Sequence record: PZ715802.1
DNA: 49,124 nucleotides
Reading direction: 5' to 3' (one strand)
Source: a phage
Below the pieces are notes generated by a model. It saw only the letters and a program-made list of their open reading frames with translations, did not search any database and was not told the DNA's origin. The number at the start of each line of letters is the position of its first letter. Position 1 is the first letter of the stretch. The position numbers and the translations under genes were made by a program. Below, one piece after another: positions 18,692 to 27,708 of this stretch.

Positions 18692-19450
18692 ATGGCTGAA
18701 AAACAGATCAAAAAGACTTTTGAAAATTGTCTGCAATCGCTTTTTCCTGGTGAGATTATTACTCTTGTCGAGGTTGACGGCACAAAATTTGGTGCTCAGG
18801 TTTACCGCTTTCATGCTGAAAATATCGCGTACACGCCAGAGGAATTAATGAAAGCGCGTGAAACTGGAATATTGCCGCCTAAAGACATTAAATTCCGTGG
18901 CGAGGTTTACGGGGCGCGTCCTTTTGGGATTACTGGCATAGGATTTACAAGTAACGGAAAGGCAGAGAAACCACAATTAGCGCTTTCAAATTTAGATAGC
19001 CGCGTATCTGCATTAATCAGATCATATAATGGCATGATGCAAGCCAAAGTAACAATTTGGGTTACATCGGCTGATTTAATTGATGATGAAGGTAATGTGG
19101 AGGACGGCGCATATAGAAAACTGGTTTATTATATTGAGCGTCCAAATTTTGTTAATCAGACGGTTGCACGTTTTGAATTAACATCCCCTTATGATATGGA
19201 TGGAATTATGATCCCGCCGCGACTCACTCAAAGCGTTTGTTATTGGGCGCAACGCGGATGGTATAGAAGCGGTAAAGGTTGCGGATATAACGGATCAGCA
19301 ATGTTTGATAAAGACAATAATCCGGTAACAGATCCGAGTAAGGATTATTGCGCCGGAACGGTAACAGCTTGCAAATTGCGCTTTGGCGCTCAAAATGAAT
19401 TAGACTTTGGCGGTTGCGCGGTTGCATCACTATTGAGGAAAAACCAATGA
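18692..19450 (+). CDS. minor tail protein (lambda L-like)
   Basis: ORF track; GGAGGG RBS; C-terminal Cys cluster; position. Confidence 0.65.
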   Translation: MAEKQIKKTFENCLQSLFPGEIITLVEVDGTKFGAQVYRFHAENIAYTPEELMKARETGILPPKDIKFRGEVYGARPFGITGIGFTSNGKAEKPQLALSNLDSRVSALIRSYNGMMQAKVTIWVTSADLIDDEGNVEDGAYRKLVYYIERPNFVNQTVARFELTSPYDMDGIMIPPRLTQSVCYWAQRGWYRSGKGCGYNGSAMFDKDNNPVTDPSKDYCAGTVTACKLRFGAQNELDFGGCAVASLLRKNQ

Positions 19451-20169
19451 TTAACGCAAAAATTAAACTTGAAATTATGCGCCATGCCAATGACGTTTAT
19501 CCTAATGAATGTTGTGGCCTGGTAACTCAAAAATCACGCGTACAGAAGTATCACCGGATCGACAACGTGAGCAAGGAGCCGGAAAAGCATTTTGAAATGG
19601 ATGCTGAACAATATGCAGAAGTTGAGGACGGCGGCGCAGATATCATCGCGATAGTTCATAGCCATACAGGTGAGGGAGCAACAACAATCCCTAGCGCACA
19701 CGATTTGTGCATGTGTGATGAAACTGGTGTTTCTTGGGTTATAGTTTCGATACCAGAAGGAGACATGAGAATCATAGAGCCACAATCACGGCCTTTGATT
19801 GGTCGCCCCTGGTCGCTTGGCGCTTATGATTGTTGGGGGCTTATTATGGCCTGGCATAAAGAGCAAGGCGTGATCCTGAATGATTTCCGTAAGCCGTATG
19901 AATGGTGGAAGCCGGAACATGGTGAAAACCTTTATCAAGATAATTACTTGAAAGAAGGTTTTATAGAAACAGGAGAGCCACCAAAGCCAGGTGATATGAT
20001 CATAATGCAGTTGCAAGCTCCAGTATGGAACCACGCCGGAATTTATTTAGGCAACAATCAACTATTGCATCATGCATTCGGCAAGTTGTCGCGAGTTGAT
20101 TTATATTCTGGATGGTATCAGGAACACACAACAATGATTTGCAGACATAAGGATCTGAAAAATGAATAA
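19447..20169 (+). CDS. tail tip assembly protein (lambda K-like: JAB/MPN plus NlpC/P60)
   Basis: internal ATG of track ORF 19414-20169 in ATGA overlap; JAMM-like HSHTGEGATTIPSAHD; C-terminal Cys/His YDCWGL...H. Confidence 0.75.
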   Translation: MINAKIKLEIMRHANDVYPNECCGLVTQKSRVQKYHRIDNVSKEPEKHFEMDAEQYAEVEDGGADIIAIVHSHTGEGATTIPSAHDLCMCDETGVSWVIVSIPEGDMRIIEPQSRPLIGRPWSLGAYDCWGLIMAWHKEQGVILNDFRKPYEWWKPEHGENLYQDNYLKEGFIETGEPPKPGDMIIMQLQAPVWNHAGIYLGNNQLLHHAFGKLSRVDLYSGWYQEHTTMICRHKDLKNE

Positions 20170-20761
20170 GGTTATCAACGTAAAATTATCAGGCTCACTA
20201 GGTCGCCGCTTTGGTGTTTTCCATAAATACGCCGTTGAGAGTTGGCCTGAATGCGTAAGGGCATTATCAAGCCAGGTTGAAGGATTCAAAGAATTTATGC
20301 AAAGTGAAATCGGATCAAAGATGAAATTTGCAATTTTCGTTGATGGTAAAAATGTTGGTCTGAATAATGATAGCGCATGGCGTTGCGCTCGCGAGGTTCG
20401 AATTGTTCCGGTTCCAACAGGTTCAAAATCTGGCGGTTTATTTCAGGTTGTTTTGGGTGCTGTTATTATGGTCACTGCGTTTTTCACTGGTGGTGCATCG
20501 CTGGCGGCTATGGGCGCGTTTTCATCGGCTGCATTTATGATGGGTGGTGCAATGGCTCTTGGAGGTGTGATGCAGATGATTAGCCCACAACAAGGGGGAA
20601 TGAGAATGGAGAGCCAAAGCGCAGCAAATAAACCATCATATGCGTTTGGGGGTGCTGTTAATACTACGGCGGCAGGTTATCCGGTATGTTTGCCATATGG
20701 TTATAGAACTGTTGGCGGCGCTGTATTCAGTGCTGGCTCATACGCAGAAGATAAACTTTAA
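20162..20761 (+). CDS. tail assembly protein (lambda I-like)
   Basis: ORF track; position; Gly/Ala-rich hydrophobic C-terminal half. Confidence 0.6.
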   Translation: MNKVINVKLSGSLGRRFGVFHKYAVESWPECVRALSSQVEGFKEFMQSEIGSKMKFAIFVDGKNVGLNNDSAWRCAREVRIVPVPTGSKSGGLFQVVLGAVIMVTAFFTGGASLAAMGAFSSAAFMMGGAMALGGVMQMISPQQGGMRMESQSAANKPSYAFGGAVNTTAAGYPVCLPYGYRTVGGAVFSAGSYAEDKL

Positions 20762-20769
20762 TTATATAA

Positions 20770-20793
20770 ACCCGCCGTTGCGCGGGTTTTTTG
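20770..20793 (+). terminator. intrinsic terminator
   Basis: stem cccgc/gcggg then TTTTTT. Confidence 0.6.
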
Positions 20794-20842
20794 TTACATG
20801 TACAATGGCAGCACGTTTAAATAGCACAAAAGGTTAAAAGCT

Positions 20843-23800
20843 ATGATCAAAAATATGATAACTGGCAGTAAGGGCGGTTCTTCAAAGCCTCATACACCTG
20901 TTGAAATGGAAGATAACCTAATTTCAATTAACAGGATCAGAATTCTTTTAGCCGTTTCTGATGGTGAAGTTGATCCAGACTTTTCATTGAAAGATTTATA
21001 TTTTGATGACGTTCCGGTTATGAATCAGGATGGTTCACTAAACTTTCAGAATGTTAAGGCAGAATTCAGACCAGGGACGCAAACGCAGGATTATATTCAG
21101 GGGTTTACTGATACAGCCAGCGAAATTACAGTTGCTCGCGATCTGACAGCCGCAACGCCTTATATTATTTCCGTGACTAATAAAAACCTTTCCGCGATCC
21201 GTATTAAAATTTTAATGCCGCGAGGGTTTACGCAGGAGGATAACGGAGATTTAACAGGTGTTCGCGTTGAATATGCTGTTGATATGGCTGTTGATGGTGC
21301 TGAATATAAAGAGGTTTTGCATGATGTAATTGAAGGTAAAACAATGAGCGGTTACGACAGAAGCCGACGAATTGATTTGCCTGCTTTTAATGAGCGTGTT
21401 TTATTGCGCGTCCGTCGCCTGGCAGATAGCACGTCAGCAAGGGTAACGGATCTGATTAAAATGCAAAGCTATGCGGAAGTTGTAGACGCTAAATTTCGTT
21501 ACCCCTTGACTGGTTTAGTATATGTTGAGTTTGACAGCGAATTATTCCCTAATGCGTTGCCGAATATCAGCATTAAGAAAAAATGGAAAATCATTAATGT
21601 TCCGTCAAATTATGATCCTATTTCCCGCACTTACTCAGGGTCATGGGATGGAACATGGAAAAAGGCATGGAGTAATAACCCTGCTTTTGTTCTGTATGAT
21701 TTGATTACCAATCAGCGTTACGGACTCGATCAAAGAGAATTAGGCATCGCGCTTGATAAATGGAGCATTTACGAATGTGCGCAGTATTGCGATCAGATGG
21801 TTCCAGACGGTAAAGGCGGAACAGAGCCGCGCTATCTTTGCGACGTTGTGATCCAGAGTCAAGTAGAGGCTTATCAGCTTGTGCGTGATATTTGTTCAAT
21901 CTTCCGTGGCATGAGCTTTTGGAATGGTGAGAGCCTTTCAATCGTGATCGATAAGCCTCGCGATGCGTCATACATCTTTACTAATGACAACGTGGTTAAC
22001 GGCGATTTCAGCTACACGTTTGCCAGCGAGAAAAGCATGTACACGCAATGCAACGTGACTTTCGACGACGAACAAAACATGTATCAACAGGACGTTGAGG
22101 GAGTTTTCGAAACGGAGGCGGCGTTACGATTTGGATATAACAGCACGTCAATTACTGCGATTGGATGCACACGACGCAGTGAGGCTAATCGCCGTGGTCG
22201 CTGGATTCTAAAAACCAACGTTAAGAGCACAACAGTTAACTTTGCTACTGGCCTGGAAGGTATGATCCCAACAATAGGTGATGTTATTGTTGTATCTGAT
22301 AACTTCTGGTCAAGTGCTCTAACGCTGAATCTATCAGGTCGCGTGATGGAGGTTAGCGGGTTGCAGGTGTTCACGCCGTTTAAGGTTGACGCAAGAGCAG
22401 GTGATCGCATTCTGGTAAATAAGCCAGATGGTAAGCCAGTTGGTCGAACCATTGCGCGTGTAAGTGATGACGGTAAAACGCTAACGCTAAACACGACATT
22501 TGGCTTTGACGTTCAGCCGGATACCATTTTTGCAATTGAGCGAACAGATATTGCACAGCAACGATATGTTGTAACCGGAATCACTAAGGGTGACGGTGAT
22601 GAAGAATTTACCTACAACATAACGGCTGTTGAATACGATCCTAACAAATACGATGAAATTGATTATGGCGTAAACATTGATGACCGTCCGACTTCAATCG
22701 TGCAGCCTGACATTTTGCCAGCACCGCAAAACGTCAAGATCGAATCTTATTCGCGAGTTGTTCAGGGTGCGAGCGTGGAAACAATGCACGTTTCATGGGA
22801 TAAGGTTGAATATGCAAGCCTTTATGAAATGCAGTGGAGAAAAGATAATGGCAACTGGAACAACACGCCGCGCACAGCCAACAAGGAAACGGAAGTTGAA
22901 GGTATTTACGCAGGAAACTATCACGTAAGGGTTAGATCTGTTGCAGCTAATGGTTCAGCGTCTGGATGGTCAGCAATTGTTAGCGCCGGATTAACTGGCA
23001 AAGTTGGCGAGCCAGAAAAGCCGATTAACCTTACAGCGTCTGACAATGAGGTTTTCGGCATTCGCGTAAAATGGGGTATGCCGGAGGGTTCTGGTGATAC
23101 AGCTTACATAGAGTTGCATCAAGCGCCGAACGGTGCTGATGGTCATCCTATTGTTGATGAAGCAACGCTCTTAACGCTGATACCGTTCCCGCAATATGAG
23201 TATTGGCATTCAATACTGCCAGCGGGTCATGTTGTCTGGTACAAGGCAAGGGCAGTTGACAAAATCGGGAATGTGTCTGATTGGACTGACTTTGTGCGCG
23301 GCATGGCTTCCGACGATACGAGCATTATCACGGATCATATTAAGGTCGATATTGAAAATTCTGATGGATATAAGTGGTTACAGGAAAACGCAATAAAGGC
23401 CAATGATAAGATCCACAGCACAGCGGAATCAGTGATTGAAAACGCATTAGCGAATGATAAAGATGTGCGACGTATGCGAGTTGAAAACGGCAAGCGTAAA
23501 GCGGAGTTCTTGCAATCGCTGAAACTCATTGCAGACGAAACAGAAGCAAGGGTAACGCAGGTCACTCAAATGAGTGCGCAATTTGACGAGAAATTAACGG
23601 CTCAAAATAGCGAATTGAGAGAGGTAATTGCTAACAGCACTGAAACCATTAGCCAAAGGATTGATCAGCTTACAGCTACGTTTGAGAGCGAAATTGATGG
23701 TGTTAAGCAGGATATCAAAGCACAGATAACTGATGTTAACCAGGCAATCACCAATGAAGCGGAAGCGCGAGCGTCAGCGGATAGGGCGTTATCAACTCAG

Positions 23801-24619
23801 ATTGGTGATACCCAATCAGCGGTGAATCAGAAACTTGATTCTTGGGTTAATGCCGATAGCGTTGGTACGATGTACGGCGTTAAGTTGGGGATCAGGTATA
23901 ACGGGCAGGAATATAGCGCAGGTATGGCGCTTTCTCTTGTCGCTGATGGTAGCGGAGTTAAATCACAATTCCTGTTTGATGCTGGACGATTTGCGATCAT
24001 CAATAATGCTCAAAGCGGAGCCTTTACATTGCCGTTTGTCGTTGAAAATAATCAGGTGTTTATCAATAGCTTACTTGTTAAAAATGGTTCTATCGGTAAT
24101 GCACAGATTGCAGATCAGATAAACTCTAACAACTGGAGTAGCGGCGCGGCTGGCTGGATGATTAATAAGAATGGTTATGCTGAATTTAACCAGGTAACTG
24201 TAAGGGGTGGCGTTTACGCATCATATGGTTCATTCACCGGAAGCGTTTACGCGCAAGATGGTTGGTTTAGGGGTACTGTTTACGCCGAAAAAATTGAGGG
24301 TGACGTTGCAAAGGCTGTTGTTCTTCCGTTTAACGGATCGGTTCACATTCCGGCGGTTAACTACAACAGACATCTTGTGATCCCTTATGTTGGTATTCAT
24401 GGGTACACATATTCAGGTGGTACATGGGGCGGCGGTACTGTTTGGGTTGATTCAACATATGGCGGTCGCCTTGCTAACGTTCAGGCAACTGCAATGCATG
24501 GCGGATCAAGTGGTTATGTTCTGTTGCCAGCAGGTAACGCAACTACGCTTTCATATGGTGGAAATCTAAACCACGCAAACGCAGTACCGATCTTAACAGT
24601 TCTGCTATTCAAAGCATAA
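20843..24619 (+). CDS. central tail fibre / host specificity protein (lambda J-like)
   Basis: 1258 aa; N-terminus GSKGGSSKPHTP and central PSNYDPISRTYSGSWDGTWK...YCDQMVPDGKGGTEPRY match lambda J as recalled. Confidence 0.85.
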   Translation: MIKNMITGSKGGSSKPHTPVEMEDNLISINRIRILLAVSDGEVDPDFSLKDLYFDDVPVMNQDGSLNFQNVKAEFRPGTQTQDYIQGFTDTASEITVARDLTAATPYIISVTNKNLSAIRIKILMPRGFTQEDNGDLTGVRVEYAVDMAVDGAEYKEVLHDVIEGKTMSGYDRSRRIDLPAFNERVLLRVRRLADSTSARVTDLIKMQSYAEVVDAKFRYPLTGLVYVEFDSELFPNALPNISIKKKWKIINVPSNYDPISRTYSGSWDGTWKKAWSNNPAFVLYDLITNQRYGLDQRELGIALDKWSIYECAQYCDQMVPDGKGGTEPRYLCDVVIQSQVEAYQLVRDICSIFRGMSFWNGESLSIVIDKPRDASYIFTNDNVVNGDFSYTFASEKSMYTQCNVTFDDEQNMYQQDVEGVFETEAALRFGYNSTSITAIGCTRRSEANRRGRWILKTNVKSTTVNFATGLEGMIPTIGDVIVVSDNFWSSALTLNLSGRVMEVSGLQVFTPFKVDARAGDRILVNKPDGKPVGRTIARVSDDGKTLTLNTTFGFDVQPDTIFAIERTDIAQQRYVVTGITKGDGDEEFTYNITAVEYDPNKYDEIDYGVNIDDRPTSIVQPDILPAPQNVKIESYSRVVQGASVETMHVSWDKVEYASLYEMQWRKDNGNWNNTPRTANKETEVEGIYAGNYHVRVRSVAANGSASGWSAIVSAGLTGKVGEPEKPINLTASDNEVFGIRVKWGMPEGSGDTAYIELHQAPNGADGHPIVDEATLLTLIPFPQYEYWHSILPAGHVVWYKARAVDKIGNVSDWTDFVRGMASDDTSIITDHIKVDIENSDGYKWLQENAIKANDKIHSTAESVIENALANDKDVRRMRVENGKRKAEFLQSLKLIADETEARVTQVTQMSAQFDEKLTAQNSELREVIANSTETISQRIDQLTATFESEIDGVKQDIKAQITDVNQAITNEAEARASADRALSTQIGDTQSAVNQKLDSWVNADSVGTMYGVKLGIRYNGQEYSAGMALSLVADGSGVKSQFLFDAGRFAIINNAQSGAFTLPFVVENNQVFINSLLVKNGSIGNAQIADQINSNNWSSGAAGWMINKNGYAEFNQVTVRGGVYASYGSFTGSVYAQDGWFRGTVYAEKIEGDVAKAVVLPFNGSVHIPAVNYNRHLVIPYVGIHGYTYSGGTWGGGTVWVDSTYGGRLANVQATAMHGGSSGYVLLPAGNATTLSYGGNLNHANAVPILTVLLFKA

Positions 24620-24741
24620 AAAGGAGGTAAATCAATGCCCTGGCTTAACGGTCGGGGCATTTTGTTTTCTTTTGTTCTACGGTGTTCACAACTTAATCCG
24701 GCGTAGAATTGAGAACGTTATGACAACAAAAAGAACAAATT

Positions 24742-24799
24742 AAATATCTATATAATACATACACTTAGAGTTTAATTATTATTATATATATCTATTTGT
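24742..24799 (+). repeat. AT-rich repeat copy A (AAATATCTATATAATACAT ... TAATTATTATTATATAT)
   Basis: direct sequence match to second copy at 45514-45570. Confidence 0.6.
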
Positions 24800-25024
24800 A
24801 TCCTTCTTGTTTCCATTGTTCTATATGGTTTGTGGTGGTTGTGTGTTTTGTATTGGTTGATGGTTATATATCACATGGTATGTATTTATATATGGTATGC
24901 GGCTTAAATGCGTGAACAATGGAACACTAAAACAACAACTAGTAAAATCATAAACTTACGATGTGATTTTGTTGTCAACGCTAGTTGTAAACGTATGCAA
25001 AACAAAAAGAACGCTTAAATGGTA

Positions 25025-25052
25025 TTGACTACATGAAACATTCACATATAAT
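25025..25052 (+). promoter_or_regulatory. sigma70 promoter TTGACT-N16-TATAAT
   Basis: near-consensus hexamers 25025-25030 and 25047-25052, about 30 nt upstream of exonuclease ATG. Confidence 0.5.
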
Positions 25053-25080
25053 GCAGACATACCAACGAGAGGATGACTAA

Positions 25081-26136
25081 ATGAGCGATTTTAAAGTTTA
25101 CACCTTTGACCAGTTAACCAACGGTGAATATCACGATCCGAAAGGCTGGTCGGCTGAATACGTTAGCGGTTCAAGCCTAGCAGAAATCTTTGCAAGTTGT
25201 CCGGCAGCATGGAAATACAGACCACGCGAGGAAAGCAAAGCGCTTGTTTTCGGTACGCAGTCACACACAAACTTCCAGAGTAGTGAGCTATTCGCAAAAG
25301 AGTACCGCAGAGCGCCAGCGCCGGAAGATTATGAAAACCTGATTACGAGCCAGGCAGCATTGGCAGCGAAATTAAAATCTTTTGGCCTGACTGGTACAAG
25401 CGGGAAAACGTATCCAGATCTGATTAAGATGATGGTTGATTGTGGTGAGGATCTAAATGTGCAATGGCTCATTGAAATGATCGCAGAAAGCCAAGCGCGA
25501 GCGGATAACGTTGAATTGGTTCCGGCTAAAGATTACGACGCTTGCGTTTCTATGCGCCGTGTTCTTGAGGCAATACCAGAGCACAACGCTTGCATGAATA
25601 GCCCAACAGCACAACGCGAGCTATCAATTTTCGGCACTATAAAAGGCGTGAAAGTCAAAGTAAGGCTTGACCATGTTGATATTTGCAAGGATGTGCTTGC
25701 AACGGTAATTTCCGGCTATGACGGTGAAGGGAATCCGGTTTATGAAACAACGCGATTTGATGAAGCGATTGTGATCACTGATTACAAAACAACGTCAAGC
25801 GCTAACCCAACGGAGTTTTCACGGCTGGCATTTAATCATGGTTACTACTTAAAAATGGCATTGCAGCACGACCTATTCAAGAAAGCGTATCCAGAAGAAA
25901 AACGACCTGTTGTTGTTCGACTTCTGGCGCAAGAAAAGAAAGAGCCGTTTTTACCTATCGCATACCGAATGACAGACGAGCAATTGAAGATCGGACGTCT
26001 GCAATACATGAGCGTTATCAACCAGTTTGCAGAATGCCAGGCTAATGACGTTTGGCCTTCATATGCAAACGGTGAGCCGGAAATTGACCTGCAAACGCCT
26101 GATTGGGTACGCAGACAATACAAAGGTTTTTTATAA
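25081..26136 (+). CDS. PD-(D/E)XK recombination exonuclease
   Basis: ORF track; GAGAGGA RBS; ITDYKTT motif; sits directly upstream of Erf and SSB. Confidence 0.6.
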   Translation: MSDFKVYTFDQLTNGEYHDPKGWSAEYVSGSSLAEIFASCPAAWKYRPREESKALVFGTQSHTNFQSSELFAKEYRRAPAPEDYENLITSQAALAAKLKSFGLTGTSGKTYPDLIKMMVDCGEDLNVQWLIEMIAESQARADNVELVPAKDYDACVSMRRVLEAIPEHNACMNSPTAQRELSIFGTIKGVKVKVRLDHVDICKDVLATVISGYDGEGNPVYETTRFDEAIVITDYKTTSSANPTEFSRLAFNHGYYLKMALQHDLFKKAYPEEKRPVVVRLLAQEKKEPFLPIAYRMTDEQLKIGRLQYMSVINQFAECQANDVWPSYANGEPEIDLQTPDWVRRQYKGFL

Positions 26137-26137
26137 A

Positions 26138-26179
26138 TAGCACTTTTTGCTAAAACAGCCATTCGATGCGTGGTATACT
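26138..26179 (+). promoter_or_regulatory. composite box element: TAGCActtttTGCTA, 21 nt, TATACT
   Basis: palindrome 26138-26152; -10-like hexamer in loop of gcgtg/cacgc hairpin. Confidence 0.55.
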
Positions 26180-26211
26180 ACACGCATCAACCAACAAGAG
26201 AGGAAATAAAA

Positions 26212-26502
26212 ATGGAACAGCAATTCAATGAACAAGACACTCAAGACGTTCGCGATCATGTAGGCGGATTTGTAAACGCATTAGGCATTATGCAACGCCA
26301 GTTCTTACGAGTAATTGATCCAAGCGAATCACCGGAAACTCTTGAATACGTTCGCAAGGTTGCATATTCGATTGATAACGTTGTGTTAACAGTTCTTCAA
26401 ATGGAGAATAACGAAGAACACCGCAAGATGATTAATCAGGCAAGTGAAATCATGATCCAGAATTTGATTGATTATCACAACGAGAACAAAGAAAAGCATT
26501 AA
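26212..26502 (+). CDS. hypothetical protein
   Basis: internal ATG of track ORF 26170-26502 with AGAGGA RBS; track start would lie inside the box element. Confidence 0.45.
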   Translation: MEQQFNEQDTQDVRDHVGGFVNALGIMQRQFLRVIDPSESPETLEYVRKVAYSIDNVVLTVLQMENNEEHRKMINQASEIMIQNLIDYHNENKEKH

Positions 26503-26548
26503 TTAACACGGCGGCGCAAGCCGCCATTATTAAACCGGAGTCAATGAA

Positions 26549-27211
26549 ATGAAATTTTCCGATCAAAACGCAAACGTAATTAAGGCATTGTTTGAGGCGC
26601 GTCAGTTATTCACAAAAGTAAAAAAGGATAAGCAAAACACGCACCTTAAAAACAAATATGCAACTCTTGACAGCGTTCTTGATGCTATTATGCCTGGCCT
26701 TACTGATAAGGGTTTATTCCTTACTCAAGATCAGAAAGTTGGCGAAGATTTGAAATCAATGACGGTTTTAACTCGCTTCATTCACGTTGAATCAAATGAA
26801 TGGGTTGAATATAGTTTCACGTTGCCAATGCAGAAATTAGATCCACAAGGCGGCGGCTCAACAAACAGCTATGCGAGACGTTATGCTCTTTGCACGGCTC
26901 TTGGCCTTGCAACGGCTGACGATGACGCAAATCTTGCCACCAAAAACGCGCAGGATTGGAAAAAAGATCTTGATGCTTGCGATAACCTTACAGACTTACA
27001 AGAAACGTTTAAAACGGCTTACAAGCAATCTGACGCGGCTAACAGGAGAATCATTAAAGAGCATTACGACAAGCTAAAAGCAAAAATGGAAATCGGAAAG
27101 GCTCGCGGTTTTAATCCGGCAGCGCCAGCGGCTAATGTTGCGAAGAAGGAAAATGTTGAAAACGAGCCGCAACAGGAAGTAAAATCTCAATCTATCACAG
27201 ACTTTGAATAA
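26549..27211 (+). CDS. erf: Erf-family single-strand annealing protein
   Basis: ORF track; CCGGAG RBS; sequence around SYARRYALCTALGLA matches Erf family as recalled; adjacent to exonuclease and SSB. Confidence 0.7.
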   Translation: MKFSDQNANVIKALFEARQLFTKVKKDKQNTHLKNKYATLDSVLDAIMPGLTDKGLFLTQDQKVGEDLKSMTVLTRFIHVESNEWVEYSFTLPMQKLDPQGGGSTNSYARRYALCTALGLATADDDANLATKNAQDWKKDLDACDNLTDLQETFKTAYKQSDAANRRIIKEHYDKLKAKMEIGKARGFNPAAPAANVAKKENVENEPQQEVKSQSITDFE

Positions 27212-27249
27212 ATTAACGTGGGGCGGTAACGCCCCAATAAGGATTAAGA

Positions 27250-27675
27250 ATGCACGTAATCACCGGAGAAATTCGCAAAGAGCCATTTGTAAAGCAAGGC
27301 GCAAACGGCACATTATACATCGTTGAGCTTTCGGAGTCATTTAAAGATCGTGAAGGTAATCGACAATACACCAATTACAAATTCTTCTTTAATGCTAAAA
27401 GCGACGGCATGAATAATTGGTATCGTGAAGCATTTCAGCAGGGTAAAGTTATTTCTGTATCATGCGATCAGTTACGCATTGATAGCCAGGAATACAACGG
27501 GCAGATTTATAACACATTGACGGCGGCGGGCTTTCCTAATCTTTTATTCAGTCAACGCGGAGAAGGGCAAGCGCCACAACAGCAGCAACCTCGACAGCAA
27601 CAACAATCGCCACGCCAGCAAGCGCCTCAAAACAACGAGCCGCCTATGGATTTTGACGACGATATTCCATTCTGA
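27250..27675 (+). CDS. ssb: single-stranded DNA-binding protein
   Basis: ORF track; Gln/Pro-rich linker and acidic C-terminal tail DFDDDIPF. Confidence 0.8.
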   Translation: MHVITGEIRKEPFVKQGANGTLYIVELSESFKDREGNRQYTNYKFFFNAKSDGMNNWYREAFQQGKVISVSCDQLRIDSQEYNGQIYNTLTAAGFPNLLFSQRGEGQAPQQQQPRQQQQSPRQQAPQNNEPPMDFDDDIPF

Positions 27676-27677
27676 TA

Positions 27678-27707
27678 AAAGAAAAGGAGCCGAAAGGCTC
27701 CTTTTTT
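27678..27707. terminator. bidirectional intrinsic terminator between convergent genes
   Basis: palindrome aaaaggagcc-gaa-ggctcctttt with A-run and T-run on either side. Confidence 0.65.
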
Positions 27708-27708
27708 A

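Noticed and set aside
22084-22494. 136-aa minus-strand ORF inside the J-like gene (plus other internal ORFs such as 21705-21971, 23335-23565, 23835-24122)
   Set aside because: All embedded in or antisense to the 1258-aa tail-tip gene, whose frame is continuous and matches lambda J; no independent signals.
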